Source of the DNA: an uncultured delta proteobacterium
GTDB lineage: Bacteria > Desulfobacterota > Binatia > HRBIN30 > BPIQ01
Direction of reading: 5' to 3'
Length of the DNA: 64,000 bases
Assembly (NCBI GenBank): GCA_963761335.1
Contig: CAVXGR010000011.1
Coordinates: forward strand, 416,001 to 480,000
Below, one piece after another: positions 1 to 8,779 of this stretch; within the stretch, counting starts at the first letter, position 1; each line of letters begins with the position of its first letter. The notes beneath the pieces are model-generated. The model was not told the DNA's origin, made no database searches, and worked only from the letters and a program-made list of their open reading frames with translations. A program made the translations under genes and the position numbers.

Positions 1-2906
1 CGGCGCCAGCCGAAGGTGGCGCCGGAGAGCAGCAGCAGGCCCATGAGCGCCGTCGCCGCGCCGTGTTCCACCTGCCGGCGCTGCTCCTGCTTCTCGCCGA
101 GATGCACCAGCCAGAGAACGCGCGACAGCTGCGAGCCGGCGTGGTCGGCTTCGTCGAAGTCGAGCGTCAGCGATACCTTCGCGGCTTCGCGCAGGAAGTC
201 GTTGGGCGCCTGGTCCACCGACGGATTCTTCTCCGGCCGCACCAGCGCCGGCACCAGAGTGAACGCCGTGTTGTCCGGCGTCGTGGTGAAGTAATCGCGC
301 ATGTCGGTGGCGTAGCGATCGTACTGGCTCATCGGATGCACGCCGAGCAGCAGCTCCATGGTCTTCAGCATCGAGACGTTCGAGTGGTGCACCGGTGAGA
401 CATAGCCGTGCTTCACGTAGGGGCTGATCACCAGGCTGAGCGTGCGGTGCGCCTCGACGTGATCCTGTCCGTCCTGGGCGTCGTCCTCGCTGACGAAGAT
501 CGCCATGTGCGGCCAGAAGGGGCTCTGCGTGAGCCCGTCGACCACCATGCCGAGCCCGCTGTCGTTGTCGGCCACCGCCGACGTCGGCGATGGGCTGGAC
601 GGCAGAGCGCCGAAGGTGTGGTCGTTGGGCAGCCAGATGAAGAGAAAGTGCGGCAGGTTTCCGTTCGCCGAGTAGGTCGCCAGATCGTCGAGGAAGAGCC
701 GTGCGCGCGACACGTCGGTCACGCTGGAGAGGATGTTCGACGGATAGTCCAGGCGCAGGTTCGGCCAGACCTGCTGCTCCAGGAGGTCGACGTTCACCCC
801 GGCATCGCGCAGCGCCTGGATGTTGCCGTTGAGCAGATCGTTGACGTGGGCGATCAGCTGCGGCACGCCGCCGAACGCCTGAATCAGCAGGGTGAGCGTC
901 GAGTTGACCCCGCCGCCGTCGATGCCGGCCCCGAAGCGCGAGTTGAAGGCCAGGGGCTCGCCGTAGGTGCGGTGCGAGACGCCCTGCTGGTCCAACGCCT
1001 GGAAGATGTAGCCGTCGCGGCAGAAACCCTCCTGGCCGGACTCGACGTTGAACGGCGTGCCGAGGAGATTGTTGTACTCGAACGGCCAGATCTTCTCGAC
1101 GAAGTCGTTGGTGTTGCCCTGGGTGACCCACTCGTGGCCGGGATAGGAGACCTCGGCGTCGTTGTAGAAGTTGTCCCCCATGGCGAACTGGCGCGCCAGG
1201 GCATGGGTGTTCGGCGTCACCTCCTCGCCGAACAGCGTCAGGCTGGGATCGCCGTTGCCGATCTCGAGGTCGCCCAGCACCTGGTCGTAGGTGCGGTTCT
1301 CCTTGAGGATGTAGACGACGTACTGGATCTGCTGCGAGGGGCCGCTGCCGAACTCCAGCGGCACGGGGCTGGCCTCGACCGGCGAAGGCACCGGGATCGG
1401 ATCGAAGCCGTTGTTGGCGCGCACCGCGGCGGTGCCCGCCTGCAGGTCGACGGAGGCGAGATCGACCGCCGACACCGTACCGTGGATGATGTGGCCGATG
1501 TAGTACGGCGTGTCGCTCATCGTCTCGAAGGAGATGTCGACCAGCTCGCCGCCGTTGGCGCCGACGCCGAGGCCCTTGGCATTGGCGACGTACAGGGTCT
1601 TGCCGTCGCCGCTGAAGCCGAGAGCGCTCGGGTACCAGCCGCTCGGGATGAAGCCGGCGGTGGTGAAGGTGAGCGCCGTCTCGTCGGCGTCGATCACCTG
1701 CACCGCATTCAAGCCGGCATCGGCGACGTACAGGCGCGTGCCGTCGGCGCTGACCGCCAGCGCGTCCGGATACAGCCCCTGCAGGCCGTTGCCAAAGGCG
1801 TTCAGATCGATCTCCGCGACCATCTTATTGGTGGCAGTGTCGATGACATCGACCAGATCGTCGTTGGTGGCGGTCACGTAGAGCACAGCTCCGCTCGGGC
1901 TCAACGCCATGGCGCTCGGATGGCTTCCGCCGAAAACCTGGTGATTGTCGATCGGCGCGCCGATGGGCACGTACTTCACCAGTGCCGGCGCCGCCGCGCC
2001 GGTGTCCATCACCGCCACCGAGGAGCGCGCCGACGCCTGCGGGTCAGTGGGCGGCAGCGGCGCCGGCACCAGGCCGGCGGGGTTGCCGTTGTTGATTCCC
2101 CAGGAGCTCACATAGGCGCGGCTGCCGTCGGCGTTCACCGCGACCGTGTAGGGAAAGTTGCCGATCTTGGTGGTCGCCTCCTGCGCCGTTCCGGCCTCCA
2201 CGTCGATGCGCCAGAAGCTGTTGCTCAGGAAGCCGACAGCGTAGAGAGTCTTGCCGTCCGCGGTCAGATCGATACCCATCGGAAACGTCTTCTCCGGCAG
2301 CTGGATCGATTGCTCGGGCAGTGGCTGCAGCTGCGCGCCGTCGAAGGAGAAGACATCGATGCGATCGTCGGGGCCATTGGCGACGTAGACGCGATCGGCA
2401 CTGACGGCGAGGCCGAAGAAGTGCTGTGACGGCGTCTTCTGCACCGCGAGCGTCTGCGGGTCGATGACCTGGAGATAGCGCTGCAGCTCCTCGGTGCCGT
2501 TGCCGTCGTTGGTGACGAAGATGTGGCCGTCGGGGCCGACGCGCAGATTGAGCGGCAGCGTCTCGACCTGGGTCTGGCGCCCCACCGGCGCCACGATACG
2601 GCCGTTGGCGAGCACGCCGGTGCCGTCGTTGCGCGGCCCCGCCGGCTCCGATCCCGCCGGCGCGCGAAAGACCTCGGCCATGGGCACGGCGGTCGCCGTA
2701 GGCGAAGCGGTGGCCACCTCGGTCGCCGTCGGCGTCGCCGGAATCGCCGTCGGCGAGAACGTCGGCGACGACGTCAGCGACATCGTCGGCGTCGCGGTGG
2801 CGAGGAGGCCGCGGGGAATCGGGTTGCTTCCGTCGCATCCGGAGTACACACACATGCCGGCACACAGAGCGGTCACGAACAAGACGGCGGGCAGCTTTCG
2901 CATCAT
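1..2906 (-). CDS. Lipoprotein with YVTN/YncE-type beta-propeller plus phosphoesterase (alkaline phosphatase superfamily) domain; 3' end runs off the window
   Basis: Absent from the ORF track because it has no stop in the window. Read by hand: MMRKLPAVLF...VYSGC lipobox, Thr/Pro linker, propeller repeats (LYVADAG, GWYPSAL, LYVANAKG), then YVVYILKENRTYDQVLGD and DNFYNDAEVSYPGHEW. SD GGGAGGAG upstream. Confidence 0.85.
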   Translation of the reverse strand, partial: MMRKLPAVLFVTALCAGMCVYSGCDGSNPIPRGLLATATPTMSLTSSPTFSPTAIPATPTATEVATASPTATAVPMAEVFRAPAGSEPAGPRNDGTGVLANGRIVAPVGRQTQVETLPLNLRVGPDGHIFVTNDGNGTEELQRYLQVIDPQTLAVQKTPSQHFFGLAVSADRVYVANGPDDRIDVFSFDGAQLQPLPEQSIQLPEKTFPMGIDLTADGKTLYAVGFLSNSFWRIDVEAGTAQEATTKIGNFPYTVAVNADGSRAYVSSWGINNGNPAGLVPAPLPPTDPQASARSSVAVMDTGAAAPALVKYVPIGAPIDNHQVFGGSHPSAMALSPSGAVLYVTATNDDLVDVIDTATNKMVAEIDLNAFGNGLQGLYPDALAVSADGTRLYVADAGLNAVQVIDADETALTFTTAGFIPSGWYPSALGFSGDGKTLYVANAKGLGVGANGGELVDISFETMSDTPYYIGHIIHGTVSAVDLASVDLQAGTAAVRANNGFDPIPVPSPVEASPVPLEFGSGPSQQIQYVVYILKENRTYDQVLGDLEIGNGDPSLTLFGEEVTPNTHALARQFAMGDNFYNDAEVSYPGHEWVTQGNTNDFVEKIWPFEYNNLLGTPFNVESGQEGFCRDGYIFQALDQQGVSHRTYGEPLAFNSRFGAGIDGGGVNSTLTLLIQAFGGVPQLIAHVNDLLNGNIQALRDAGVNVDLLEQQVWPNLRLDYPSNILSSVTDVSRARLFLDDLATYSANGNLPHFLFIWLPNDHTFGALPSSPSPTSAVADNDSGLGMVVDGLTQSPFWPHMAIFVSEDDAQDGQDHVEAHRTLSLVISPYVKHGYVSPVHHSNVSMLKTMELLLGVHPMSQYDRYATDMRDYFTTTPDNTAFTLVPALVRPEKNPSVDQAPNDFLREAAKVSLTLDFDEADHAGSQLSRVLWLVHLGEKQEQRRQVEHGAATALMGLLLLSGATFGWR

Positions 2907-3003
2907 CGGCACTCCTCCCACTGGCGGGTACAATACTGCGCCGGGATACAGCGTCAACTGTTTAGAGGGTGTGGTCTCGCCGTGTCTTCAAAATGTAAGA
3001 AAA

Positions 3004-3049
3004 GTAGAAGCGCCGTCCCGGCGCGTCCCGAAGGAAGCGGCGAGCGCCG
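3004..3049. repeat. Degenerate GTAG-type REP doublet abutting the tandem array
   Basis: GTAGAAGCGCCGTCCCGGCGC...GAAGCGGCGAG matches the copies at 14365, 15490 and 28850. Confidence 0.7.
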
Positions 3050-3051
3050 TG

Positions 3052-3998
3052 ATCTCTCGCGAGGGGGCCCCATTCTCCATTCTCATTCCCGGTTCTCATC
3101 CCGTCGTTTTCCATTGTTCTGCGGGCCACGGCGAGATCCGCTCAGCCGGGCGTTACTCCGCGGCTGTCAGAGCAAATGGAAAACGACGGCATGAGAACCG
3201 GGGATGAGAATGAGAACCGAGTTCCTCCGAAGCCCCCCGCCCCGTAATCTCTCGCGAGGCCACACCATTCTCCATTCTCATTCCCGGTTCTCATCCCGTC
3301 GTTTTCCATTGTTCTGCGGGCCACGGCGAGATCCGCTCAGCCGGGCGTTACTCCGCGGCTGTCAGAGCAAATGGAAAACGACGGCATGAGAACCGGAGAT
3401 GAGAATGAGAACCGAGTTCCTCCGAAGCCCCCCGCCCCGTAATCTCTCGCGAGGGCACACCATTCTCCATTCTCATTCCCGGTTCTCATGCCGTCGTTTT
3501 CCATTGTTCTGCGGGCCACGGCGAGATCCGCTCAGCCGGGCGTTACTCCGCGGCTGTCAGAGCGAATGGAAAACGACGGCATGAGAACCGGAGATGAGAA
3601 TGAGAACCGAGTTCCTCCGAAGCCCCCCGCCCCGTAATCTCTCGCGAGGGCACACCATTCTCCATTCTCATCCCCGGTTCTCATGCCGTCGTTTTCCATT
3701 GTGCTGCGGGCCACGGCGAGATCCGCTCAGCCGGGCGTTACTCCGCGGCTGTCAGAGCGAATGGAAAACGACGGCATGAGAACCGGAGATGAGAATGAGA
3801 ACCGAGTTCCTCCGAAGCCCCCCGCCTCGTAATCTCTCGCGAGGGCACACCATTCTCCATTCTCATTCCCGGTTCTCATGCCGTCGTTTTCCATTGTGCT
3901 GCGGGCCACGGCGAGATCCGCTCGGCCGGGCATTACTCCGCGGCTGTCAGAGCGAATGGAAAACGACGGCATGAGAACCGGGGATGAGAATGAGAACC
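3052..3998. repeat. Tandem array of about 4.9 near-identical 195-bp units, each a long fold-back
   Basis: ATCTCTCGCGAGG recurs at 3052, 3247, 3442, 3637 and 3832. In each unit TTCTCATTCCCGGTTCTCATGCCGTCGTTTTCCATT pairs with AATGGAAAACGACGGCATGAGAACCGG(A/G)GATGAGAA. Confidence 0.97.
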
Positions 3999-4022
3999 AG
4001 GCTCGGAGCCTCGCCCCGAGGC

Positions 4023-5258
4023 CTACTCGGCTGTGCCGTAGGGAGCCGGAGCGGCGCTGGCCTGGGTGGCGCGCACCTCATCGATGGCGGTGCGCAGAGC
4101 GTCGAGGAAATCGCCGATCACCGGGCCGTGGACGGCGTTCACCGTACAGTGCAGGCTGGGCGGAGGCTTCTGCTGATCGACGTACCAGCCGCCCCGCCCC
4201 AGGCGCTCGCCGACGGCAAAGGCATCGACGCCGTCGAGGGCGAAGGCGACCAGGGTTGCCTCTGGGTTGCCGAGAACGCGCACCCCGGAAATGTCCTTCA
4301 ACCCCGCCAGCAGCGTCTCGGTCGCCTGCTTGGCGACGCGCGTCAGCCGCAGATAGCCGTCTTCCCCGAGATAGCGCATCACCGCCCAGGCGGCGGCGAT
4401 CGGGCCGCCGCTCCTGGTGCCGAGAATTCCCGAGCTGGCATAGAAGCCGCCGAGCCAGTTGTCGGTGGTGAACGTCTGATGCCGGCGCAGATCCTTGTTG
4501 CGGTGCAGGATCACCGAGGCACCCTTGGCGGTGTAGCCGTACTTGTGCAGGTCCACCGAGATCGAGGTGACGCCCGGGACGCGAAAATCGTAGGGCTCCA
4601 GTCGATAGCCGAGCCGCTCGAGCATCGGCAGGGTGATGCCGCCCATACAGGCGTCGACATGGCAATTGATGTCGGCCTCGGCGGCGAGCGCGGCGATCTC
4701 GGCCACCGGATCGATCACACCCTGCGGATAGGCGGGCGCCGAGGCGACGACGAGCACGGTATTCGGACTGACGCGAACACGCATGGCCGCGGCATCGGCA
4801 CGGAAATCACCTCCGACCGGAAGGCGAATCGACTTCACGCCGAAATAGAGGGCCGCCTTCTCGAAGGCGGCGTGCGCCGTCGACGGCAGCACCATCTCCG
4901 GCTCGCGCACGCCTCGCTCGTAGCCGCGGGCACGCGCCGCCTTGACCGCAAGGAGGATGCTCTCGGTACCGCCGCTGGTCATGAATCCGGCGGCCGCCTC
5001 GCCGCCGTGGAGCAGCTCGGCGACCATGGCCACGACCTCCGACTGCATCCTCCGCAGGCTGGGAAAAGCGGCGACGTTGAGAGCGTTCGCCGAGAGGAAA
5101 CGGGCGTTGGCCGCCGCCGCGACCTCGAGAACGTCCTCGCCGGCATGGTACGCCAGACTGAAGGCGCGACCGGATTTCCAGTCGACGTCGTGCGCCTGCA
5201 GGGCCTCCAGGTCGGCGAGAAGGCGGTCCTTTGGCACTCCGGTCTTGGGCAGCGGCAT
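4023..5258 (-). CDS. PLP-dependent group II decarboxylase family, sphingosine-1-phosphate lyase-like
   Basis: TSGGTESI, HVDACMGG and SISVDLHKYGY (PLP lysine) motifs. Confidence 0.88.
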   Translation of the reverse strand: MPLPKTGVPKDRLLADLEALQAHDVDWKSGRAFSLAYHAGEDVLEVAAAANARFLSANALNVAAFPSLRRMQSEVVAMVAELLHGGEAAAGFMTSGGTESILLAVKAARARGYERGVREPEMVLPSTAHAAFEKAALYFGVKSIRLPVGGDFRADAAAMRVRVSPNTVLVVASAPAYPQGVIDPVAEIAALAAEADINCHVDACMGGITLPMLERLGYRLEPYDFRVPGVTSISVDLHKYGYTAKGASVILHRNKDLRRHQTFTTDNWLGGFYASSGILGTRSGGPIAAAWAVMRYLGEDGYLRLTRVAKQATETLLAGLKDISGVRVLGNPEATLVAFALDGVDAFAVGERLGRGGWYVDQQKPPPSLHCTVNAVHGPVIGDFLDALRTAIDEVRATQASAAPAPYGTAE

Positions 5259-5353
5259 GGTCGTCTGGCCATCGCGCCGGTGCGACAGTCGTGGTCCGGG
5301 TCGTTGACCGGCGAAAAAGGCACGCCTATTCTGGCGGAACTCGGCGCAATCGC

Positions 5354-6796
5354 ATGCCAGTCATACATGTAGCCCTGGCCGAGGTCGAGAGCCGCCTTGG
5401 AGCGATCCGGCATCGCCTCAACCGGCAGCTGTTGATCTCCGGACTGTGTCCGGCGCTGGGGGCGCTGCTGCTCCTGCTCGCCGCCGTGGTGCTCGCCGGG
5501 CTGCGCGCCGGATCGACGGGTTTCCGCCTGGTGCTCTACGGTTCGCTGGTGACCCTGGCGGCGGTGCTGGCGGGCACCACCGCCTATCTGTGGCGGCATT
5601 GGGCAACGATCGAGAAGGCGGCGCGCCTCGCCGATCGCCGCGGTCTCATGAAGGACAGAGTGGCCACCGCCCAGTGGGTCGGCCGCGGCCGCGCCCGCTC
5701 GCCGTTCACTGCCGTGCTGGTCGCCGACACCATATCTCGAGCGGCCAGCTGGGAGCCGCGGGTGGTGGCGCCGCCTCGATTTCCGAAGGCGGCGGTGCTG
5801 CCGCTCGCCGGCCTGGTGGCGCTGGCGACGACGCCCTTCCTGGCCCGCCACACACCACCGCCGCCCCCGGCCGCGGTGCAAAAGTCCGCGCCGCGGGTGG
5901 CGCGCCTCGACCGGCCGCCACAGCCAAAGCCGCCGGGCGAGCAGAGCGGACAGCCGCGCAGGCGCGCATCATCCTCGGCGAGCTCTTCCGCCGGCGGCGA
6001 TTCCCAGGACCGCACTGCCCGGGGAGGGGTGCCCGGCGGCGAGGCACAGCCACCGGCGGATGCATCGGCAGCGCGGGAACGCGACCTCGACGCGCAGAGG
6101 CGCGGTGAGCAGCCGCTGCCCGCCGGCGACACCGAATCGCCAGCGCGCCCGGCAGCGGAACCGCCCCCTGAAATGGCCGCCCGCTCGGTTCCCGCGCGCC
6201 TCCAGGGCCTGATCAAGGTGGCCTTTGACGAGCAGAAGCAGAGCAGCTCGCAGGACAAGGGCGCCTCGACGGAGGCGACGCACCAGTCGCAGTCGCGGCC
6301 GCGCTCCGCAGAGGGCGCCGGGGATCGCCGTCCAGGCGAGGAGCAGCGCAGCGCCCCACCGGAATCGCGTGCGGATCCGGGCCAGCGAAGCGGCTCCGGA
6401 ACCGAGGGCCAACGGCCACTGCAGGCGAGGTCGCTGGCTCGCGAACGCTCCAATCACTCGCCGCGCGCCGGCTCCGGCAGCTCTCCGGAGAATCTGTTTG
6501 GCGCTCCCAGCGAGGAGAGCGCCGCGGCCACCGCCGAGAGCGCCCAGGCGGTCGACCCGAAGACCTTCAAGCTGACCCTGAGCTCCTTCCTCAACTCCGG
6601 GGCGCAACGCCCGTCGGCGGCGGCGCGACCCGGCCACAGCGGCGCTGTGGCCGTCCCCGCAAGCGCGGTGCTGCCACCGCTCAATCCCGATCAGCTGCCC
6701 GACGATGCCCTGCACCGCGCCGGTATTCCGCCGGAGGCCGAAGGGGTCGTGCGCCGCGTCTACGCGCCCGAAGCGCGCAACCGAGAGGACGACTGA
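5354..6796 (+). CDS. Membrane-anchored hypothetical protein with long low-complexity tail (MoxR operon component)
   Basis: Three hydrophobic segments, a Gln/Pro/Ser-rich region, and C-terminal IPPEAEGVVRRVY. Stop overlaps the moxR start. Confidence 0.7.
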   Translation: MPVIHVALAEVESRLGAIRHRLNRQLLISGLCPALGALLLLLAAVVLAGLRAGSTGFRLVLYGSLVTLAAVLAGTTAYLWRHWATIEKAARLADRRGLMKDRVATAQWVGRGRARSPFTAVLVADTISRAASWEPRVVAPPRFPKAAVLPLAGLVALATTPFLARHTPPPPPAAVQKSAPRVARLDRPPQPKPPGEQSGQPRRRASSSASSSAGGDSQDRTARGGVPGGEAQPPADASAARERDLDAQRRGEQPLPAGDTESPARPAAEPPPEMAARSVPARLQGLIKVAFDEQKQSSSQDKGASTEATHQSQSRPRSAEGAGDRRPGEEQRSAPPESRADPGQRSGSGTEGQRPLQARSLARERSNHSPRAGSGSSPENLFGAPSEESAAATAESAQAVDPKTFKLTLSSFLNSGAQRPSAAARPGHSGAVAVPASAVLPPLNPDQLPDDALHRAGIPPEAEGVVRRVYAPEARNREDD

Positions 6797-7860
6797 TGTC
6801 GCTATCGATGGAGACCGCCGGCAAGCCCGCCGAGCACTCACGCCAGGACGTCGCCCGCTTCCAGGACACCTTCGCGCGCCTGCGCGAAGAGCTCGGACGC
6901 GCGGTTGTCGGTCACCATGCGGTGATCGACGAGGTGCTGATCGCCCTGTTCTCCGGCGGTCACGTGCTGATCGAGGGCGTTCCCGGAACGGGGAAAACGC
7001 TCCTGGCGCGAACACTCGGCTACGTGCTCAATCTCACCGCCAACCGCATCCAGTTCACCGTCGACCTGATGCCCGCCGACATCACCGGCACGCGCATCGT
7101 CGTCGAGCAGGACGGCCGGAGGGAGTTCAGCTTCGTGCCGGGACCAGTCTTCACTCACGTGCTGCTCGCCGACGAGATCAACCGGGCGACGCCGAAGACC
7201 CAATCGGCGCTGCTCGAAGCGATGGCGGAGCTGCAGGTCACCGCCGGCGGCACCACGCACCTGCTGCTGCCGCCCTTCTTCGTCATGGCCACGCTCAATC
7301 CAATCGAGATGGAGGGCACCTATCCGCTTCCCGAGGCGCAGATCGATCGCTTTCTCTTCAAGACGCAGCTGGCGTATCCGGACCAGCGAGAGCTGCAGCA
7401 GATCATCGGCACCACCACCTCCAACGAGATTCCCGCCGTACACCCCCTGTTCGAGGCGGAGCACGCCGCGGAGGAGATCGAGTCGCTGAAGACCTTGGTC
7501 CGCGACGTCCTGGTGGCGCCCCACATCGAGGGCTACGCCGCGGCGCTGGTGCGCGCCACCATTCCCAGTCAATCCCGCTTCGCGCCGGCCGGCGACCGGC
7601 TCATCCCGGCGGACGAGCACATCGACCGCTACGTCAGCTACGGCTCCAGCCCGCGCGGCGGTCAGGCGCTGCTGCTCGGCGGCAAGGTCCGCGCCCTGCT
7701 CGACGGCCGCGTCAACGTCTCCTACGACGACATCGACCAGGTGGCGGCGCCGGCGCTGAACCATCGCCTGGTCCTCAACTTCGCCGCCGAGGCCGACGGC
7801 GTCGAGCCACGGGCGCTGATCGAGCGCATCGTCCATGCCGCGCGGAGACTCCGCGAATAG
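6796..7860 (+). CDS. moxR: MoxR family AAA+ ATPase
   Basis: GVPGTGKT Walker A, RIQFTVDLMPADITG, LLADEINRATPKTQSALLEAM, NPIEMEGTYPLPEAQIDRF. Confidence 0.95.
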   Translation: MSLSMETAGKPAEHSRQDVARFQDTFARLREELGRAVVGHHAVIDEVLIALFSGGHVLIEGVPGTGKTLLARTLGYVLNLTANRIQFTVDLMPADITGTRIVVEQDGRREFSFVPGPVFTHVLLADEINRATPKTQSALLEAMAELQVTAGGTTHLLLPPFFVMATLNPIEMEGTYPLPEAQIDRFLFKTQLAYPDQRELQQIIGTTTSNEIPAVHPLFEAEHAAEEIESLKTLVRDVLVAPHIEGYAAALVRATIPSQSRFAPAGDRLIPADEHIDRYVSYGSSPRGGQALLLGGKVRALLDGRVNVSYDDIDQVAAPALNHRLVLNFAAEADGVEPRALIERIVHAARRLRE

Positions 7861-8773
7861 CGTCCCCGCGGCGATCGCCGAGGTCCTCGCCCCCTCGTTC
7901 CTTCGCCATCTGCGCCGCATGCGCCTGCTGACCCGGCGCGCCGTCGGGGGGCGGCCGGGCAACACGCCGGTGCGCAGCGGCCTCGACGCCACCGGCATCG
8001 AGCTCGAGCGCTACAAGACCTACGCCGCCGGCGACGAGCTGCGCTTCGTCGACTGGAACGCCTATGCGCGTCTGGATCAGCTGCTGGTCAAGCGCTTCCG
8101 CGCCGAGCGCGAGGCGCCGCTGCATCTGCTGGTCGATGGCAGCGCCTCGATGGGATCGCCCGAGGAGGACGGCAAGTTCACCTTCGCGATGGCTCTCGCC
8201 ATCAGCCTCGCCTACGTCGCCACGCGCCACCACGATCCGGTACGCATCGTCGTTCTCGGCACGCAGCGCCTCGGCGGCTACGCGGCCTCGCCGGTGGTCC
8301 GCCTGCCGGCCCTGCTGCCGCAGCTGACCGAGTTCTGCCGGGGCATGCAGCCCGGCGGCGGCACGCCCTTCCCGGCGGCCGTCGCCGCCTACCTGCACAC
8401 CACCCGCACCCGCGGCCTGGCGGTAGTCATCTCCGATCTGCTCGTCGAGCAGCCGCAGTGGCGCGACACGGTGCGGCTGCTCGCCGGCCGCGGCTACGAC
8501 GTCGCCGCCCTGCGTCCGCTGGGCGCGCATGAGCGAGATCCCTCGCGCCTCTTTCGCCGCGGCCGCCTCCTCGACGTCGAGACCGGCGGCGAGCGCATCG
8601 TGCGGCTGACGCCGCAGAACCTGGAGCGCTACCAGCGCGCTCTCGGCGAGCATCTCGAGATGGCGCGCCGCGAGTGCGCGGCCAACGGCGCCCTGTTCTC
8701 GGTGTGCGACACGGATCTCGGCGTGGAGCACTGCCTGTTCACCGATCTGCCACGTGTCGGCCTGGTCCACTGA
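7835..8773 (+). CDS. DUF58 domain protein
   Basis: YAAGDELRFVDWNAYAR, LLVDGSASM, VVISD; follows moxR. Confidence 0.9.
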   Translation: MPRGDSANSVPAAIAEVLAPSFLRHLRRMRLLTRRAVGGRPGNTPVRSGLDATGIELERYKTYAAGDELRFVDWNAYARLDQLLVKRFRAEREAPLHLLVDGSASMGSPEEDGKFTFAMALAISLAYVATRHHDPVRIVVLGTQRLGGYAASPVVRLPALLPQLTEFCRGMQPGGGTPFPAAVAAYLHTTRTRGLAVVISDLLVEQPQWRDTVRLLAGRGYDVAALRPLGAHERDPSRLFRRGRLLDVETGGERIVRLTPQNLERYQRALGEHLEMARRECAANGALFSVCDTDLGVEHCLFTDLPRVGLVH

Positions 8774-8779
8774 GGCGCA

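Noticed and set aside
408..2429. Long plus-strand ORFs (673 aa here; others such as 7775-10414, 10639-12867 and 16488-18758 on the minus strand)
   Set aside because: Antisense shadow frames of real genes in high-GC DNA.
3142..3974. Repeated 60-61 aa ORFs on both strands as a peptide or toxin array
   Set aside because: They are by-products of a repeat whose length is a multiple of three. There is no SD and no recognisable protein features.
3052..3998. CRISPR array
   Set aside because: Whole 195-bp units are near-identical, with no unique spacers and no cas genes.
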